Part shown: piece by piece, positions 60,261 through 64,000 of the stretch | How positions within the stretch are numbered: the first letter of the stretch is position 1 | Layout of the letters: each line of letters opens with the position of its first letter | Assembly (NCBI RefSeq): GCF_001194135.2 | Contig: NC_069002.1 | Coordinates: forward strand, 36,455,151 to 36,519,150 | DNA: 64,000 bases | Direction: 5' to 3' | DNA from: Octopus bimaculoides | Taxonomy: Eukaryota | Position numbers and translations under genes: made by a program | The notes under the pieces: generated by a model | Told to the model about the DNA's origin: nothing | The model's database searches: none | The model's input: only the letters and a program-made list of their open reading frames with translations

Positions 60261-60544
60261 CGTTGTATGGAATTTCAACCAACACACTTGTTACATATTG
60301 AACAGGGCCATTTTCTTGAAGGGATTAACATACTGTCTTTTTCCCCTACTAACTAAGACTTTGGTTTTGCTAAGTTAACTTTAAGGCCCTCTAATTCCAG
60401 GATTTGCTTCCATACCAGGAATTTCTTTTCTAATTTTATTACAGATTCAGTTATGAAAATAAGGTCATCAGCCTAGGGAAACTCCCACAGATAACCAGTC
60501 AGAAACTCCTTTGCTATGGCTTGTAGATGGGTGGACTATGATAA

Positions 60545-60830
60545 ATAGGAGAGGACTGAACTCTGATGAACTTTAACCTGCCTATTGTATCCTTTGTGAA
60601 CTCTCACCTGTACATGACTTGGATAGCTCTTGTTAGCCATATGTCTACTTCTAACTTGCAGAGTGACCACCAGATTAGGGAGTGAGGGATTCTGCCAAAG
60701 GCTTTCTCCACGTTCATAAATGTTAAGTACAGTGGTTTACTTTTAGCTAAATACTTCTCCTGTAGTTGCCTTACTAGAGAGAGAGCATCAGTAGTGCTTC
60801 TTCTTGTCCCAAAACCATTCTGCATCTCCT
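60545..60830 (-). mobile_element. RTE LINE RT fragment
   Basis: MQNGFGTRRSTTDALSLVRQLQEKYLAKSKPLYLTFMNVEKAFGRIPHSLIWWSL. Confidence 0.9.
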
Positions 60831-62519
60831 CTTAAGCCTTTTTCTAATTAGGTGAGCCATAACCCTTTCTGTAATTTTCATATCCTGACCCAGCAATTTG
60901 ATAACCTCTGTAATTACTTTTCTCTAAGGCTCCCTCTTTTCCTTCATAATAGTAAAATAAAGTAATATAGTTTTATATACACTTTGCCTGAGAAGGTGAG
61001 ATGGTCATAGGTGGAATGTCTTTGAACATAGGTTGGCTCAATCAGGGTTGAAATGAGGTGAAAAACAGCAACAATTACGCATTCTCTCGCCTTTATACAT
61101 ACGCTTGTAAAAAAGACATGCACATACTCTTACATGTTTGGAGTTGGTAAATTCTGCTTTGGTTGTAAAAACACAACAGTATTCTATGAAAGGCACAAAA
61201 GTTGTGATGTTCATGCCTTTCTCTGAGAAATATCAGCAAAATGAAGTGAGATGTTTAAAACTAGGAATTAAAACTGAATGCCAGCCACTGATAATTCTAA
61301 ATCCATTCACTCCGTGTCAGAGGTGAGGGTCACTTGACACGTTCAGTTTATTATGCCTTTTTTATGCTGAACTGGCAAAGTCATCGAAGTGTTGGACACA
61401 AAGCCTTGAGATACTTGTTCCAACTCTCTGCATTCTGAGTTCAAATTCTGCTGAGGTCAACTTTACCTTTTATTGTTCTTTTGTCGTTGTTAAAAATAAA
61501 GCAGCAATCTAAACCAGAATTGTTGGAGAAGTGGTTCCAGACACAAGGTCTATAGACACTTGGGTAGTGCTTGGAGATTCTGAGCTGAATTTAAAATTCA
61601 TTTGAGTAGACAGATCTTAAAAGCCTGGAGTCTGTGGGAAAATTCATTCAGTTGAAAGACATCCCTCAAATTGGAAATCATTGCACCTGAGCATTGGGTG
61701 AGATACCTTGCAGTATCAGGTCTGACTCTGGTGCCAAGTTGTGTCATCCTTGCTATTTTCTTGGACATCATCAGTGACATGGAGAGAGAAGAAATTTGAA
61801 TGTATGGACAATTAGTCTTCCACAAAAATCTCCTTCAAAAGGGGTCCTTGATTGGTATTTATTTTATTAATGAGAGAAAGAAGAAAAGCTGAATTTGAAC
61901 TAAAAACAGTGAGGAACCAACTTAGTTACTGTATAGCATCTAACTTGGCATTTTACCGTCGCAGTTATCAACACTATATTTTTTTGTAATGATGAAAAGC
62001 AAGAGAGTGACAAAAGTAAAGTTTGCTATGACAAAAATCGTGGACAATTCTATCATATAAAAGATAAGCATTTTATTTTCAAACACTACTTGATACATTT
62101 TATGGTCAGCTACCAATTTTTTAGTTTGGCTTGTTACACTGTTTAGTTCTAAATAAATAAAGTGAGAAGGTAGCTGTCTGACCCATGTCAAATCTACCTT
62201 CTCGCTGTGTTACATACACATGACAGTCAGGTTATCTTCTCATTAGTGTGGATGCTTTGATGGTTTCTTGTTGTTAATTGCTGCTGATACTGTGCTTGAT
62301 CTGTTGTAGTAGTGACGGTGATACAGGCAGGTTTGTCCTTCAACTGGAGTCAAAGTAAAACATATTATTGTCTCTGCCGATTTGCTTCTCTACCAAAAGG
62401 CAGGCAAGCAATTAGTTTGATGGGTTACTTGATAAATAGGTCAAAGTTCACAAAATGGAATAAATTTTGTTGTGAAGAAAAGTTCAACATTTAAGGAGGA
62501 ATCTTTTGTTGAAAGTGTT

Positions 62520-62770
62520 TATAATTTAGGTGTGCTGGTTATTGTGTTGGTGGTGCTGTGGTGGTATTGGTGGTGGTGATGATGAAATTTGTGATGTAGT
62601 GTTGATGATGTTGGTGGTGTTGTATGATGTTGGTACCTGCAAAGTTGTAGGTGTGCTGGTAAAGATGGTGTTATGATAGTGCCAATGATATTAGTGTTGT
62701 GGTGCTAGAGAAGGTGGTATTTTGGTAGTGTTGTGGTGGTGGTATAATGCTGGTAATGGAAAACTCAAAA
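62520..62770. repeat. (GGT/GAT/GTT)-rich low-complexity tract in the presumed 3' UTR of the unknown gene
   Basis: Direct inspection. Confidence 0.7.
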
Positions 62771-62783
62771 ATATAGAAAAGCA

Positions 62784-63813
62784 TCAATCTTCTTCTTTGC
62801 CGTTTCTATCAAATGCAAAGTTGGTAAAACCAAACTTAGTCGGAACTTGGTAGCTGTTAGATAAGTAACTGTCATTTCCTACATATTCTCCTCCTCCCCC
62901 TCCTTGTTCATACCCTTCTGCATCTTTTCTCCCTCCAAGAAATGACCCAGACCAATCACCAAAAGGTCCATTATGATCAACATTGGCTCCATCTTGAAGA
63001 ATATGTGATCTAGGCTGATCGATATATGAACTAGGCTGATCGATATATGAACCAGGCTGATCGATATATGAACTAGGCTGATCAATATACGATTCAGGGT
63101 GACTGGTATTTGATCCAGGCTTACCAATATATGATCTAGGTTGATCAAAATATGATCTCATTGGATCAATCTCTGATCTGTTCTGATCAATAATGAATTT
63201 TGACTGATCAGAATTTGATCCTGGTTTATGAAAATATGATTTTGTCATATCAATATCTGATCTGTTCTGATCAATATAGGATTCAGACTGATCAATATTT
63301 GATCCAGCTTGATCACTATATGATTCAGCTTGTTCAAAATATGATCTGGCTGGATCAATTTCTGGTCTAGTTTGATCAACGTGTGATTTGTGCTGATCTA
63401 TATTTGATTCAAACTGATGATCCACATGGGATTTCGGTCTGTTGCTGCTGCCACCACTATAGCCGACAGGTTTTCTCTTTGTTAACATTGCTCTGCTTCG
63501 CTTTCTCAAACGGTCAGTTGGCCTTCTGGTACCACTGTTTGCAGTCCGACCAAAGTTACTTTCAGATGAAGATGAGGCAACAGCATTGACTGCCATTTCA
63601 GTGATGCTTCCATTACTTTCGGAACGATTATTTCTCTGTTGTAAAGAATGGTGAAGTGAGGAATCAAACTGTCCATCTTCGGTAGGGATCTCATCACTTG
63701 AATTGACCGTCCATTGTAAGATTTCATTTTCAACATGTCGGATTTCTCTGTTCAGTTGAAACTTCTTCAGCTTGGCCAACTTGATCTCATCTAAATGCGT
63801 CTCATACTTGAGT
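62784..63813 (-). CDS. Terminal exon of an unidentified gene (~342 aa: coiled-coil-like start, basic NLS-like patch, 7-aa repeat array); upstream exons lie beyond the window
   Basis: Stop-free for 1029 nt in AT-rich DNA; strong acceptor ttctctcttttttcag|A at 63813 (phase 2) in frame with the 331-aa ORF; TGA at 62786-62784. Confidence 0.8.
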
Positions 63814-64000
63814 CTGAAAAAAGAGAGAAAGCAGAATTCTTTTTGTATCTATGAAAAATTGGCAATATATATATATATAAATAAATAACGAACCAAGACT
63901 CCTGTCTTAGGGTATCAATATCTTCCCCTCTCTCTCTCTCTCTCTCTCTTTTCTAAGGCAGTGAGTTGGTAGAATCATTAGCAGACAAGGCTAAATGCTT

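Noticed and set aside
62784-63813. Assignment of the heptad protein as a reflectin
   Set aside because: Lacks Met/Arg/Trp enrichment and the conserved reflectin N-terminal motif; only the D-x5 spacing is shared.

Overview
AT-rich, microsatellite- and SINE-dense eukaryotic genomic DNA with six N gaps. The repeat families suggest a coleoid cephalopod, most likely Octopus (inference). Three protein-coding loci are supported. (1) WDR11 on + (8983-44151): 29 exons were traced by hand with consistent GT-AG phases, one further exon is inferred inside the 24886-25479 gap, and the last intron has full U12 (minor spliceosome) signatures. (2) AP5S1 (AP-5 sigma, 198 aa, 2 coding exons) on - (59335-52795), convergent with WDR11. 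(3) The ~1-kb terminal exon of an unidentified gene on - (63813-62784), encoding a coiled-coil-like segment and a 7-aa tandem repeat. Introns and intergenic DNA hold remnants of mariner, Helitron, RTE, CRE-like and R4/Dong-like elements, TTAA MITEs, a long-TIR MITE, at least four SINE families, several minisatellites, and a Penelope-type minimal hammerhead ribozyme motif with degenerate sister copies. There is no prokaryotic content, CRISPR array, rRNA or convincing tRNA gene. Protein and repeat family assignments come from remembered motifs, not database searches. Repeat boundaries are approximate unless a TSD is cited.
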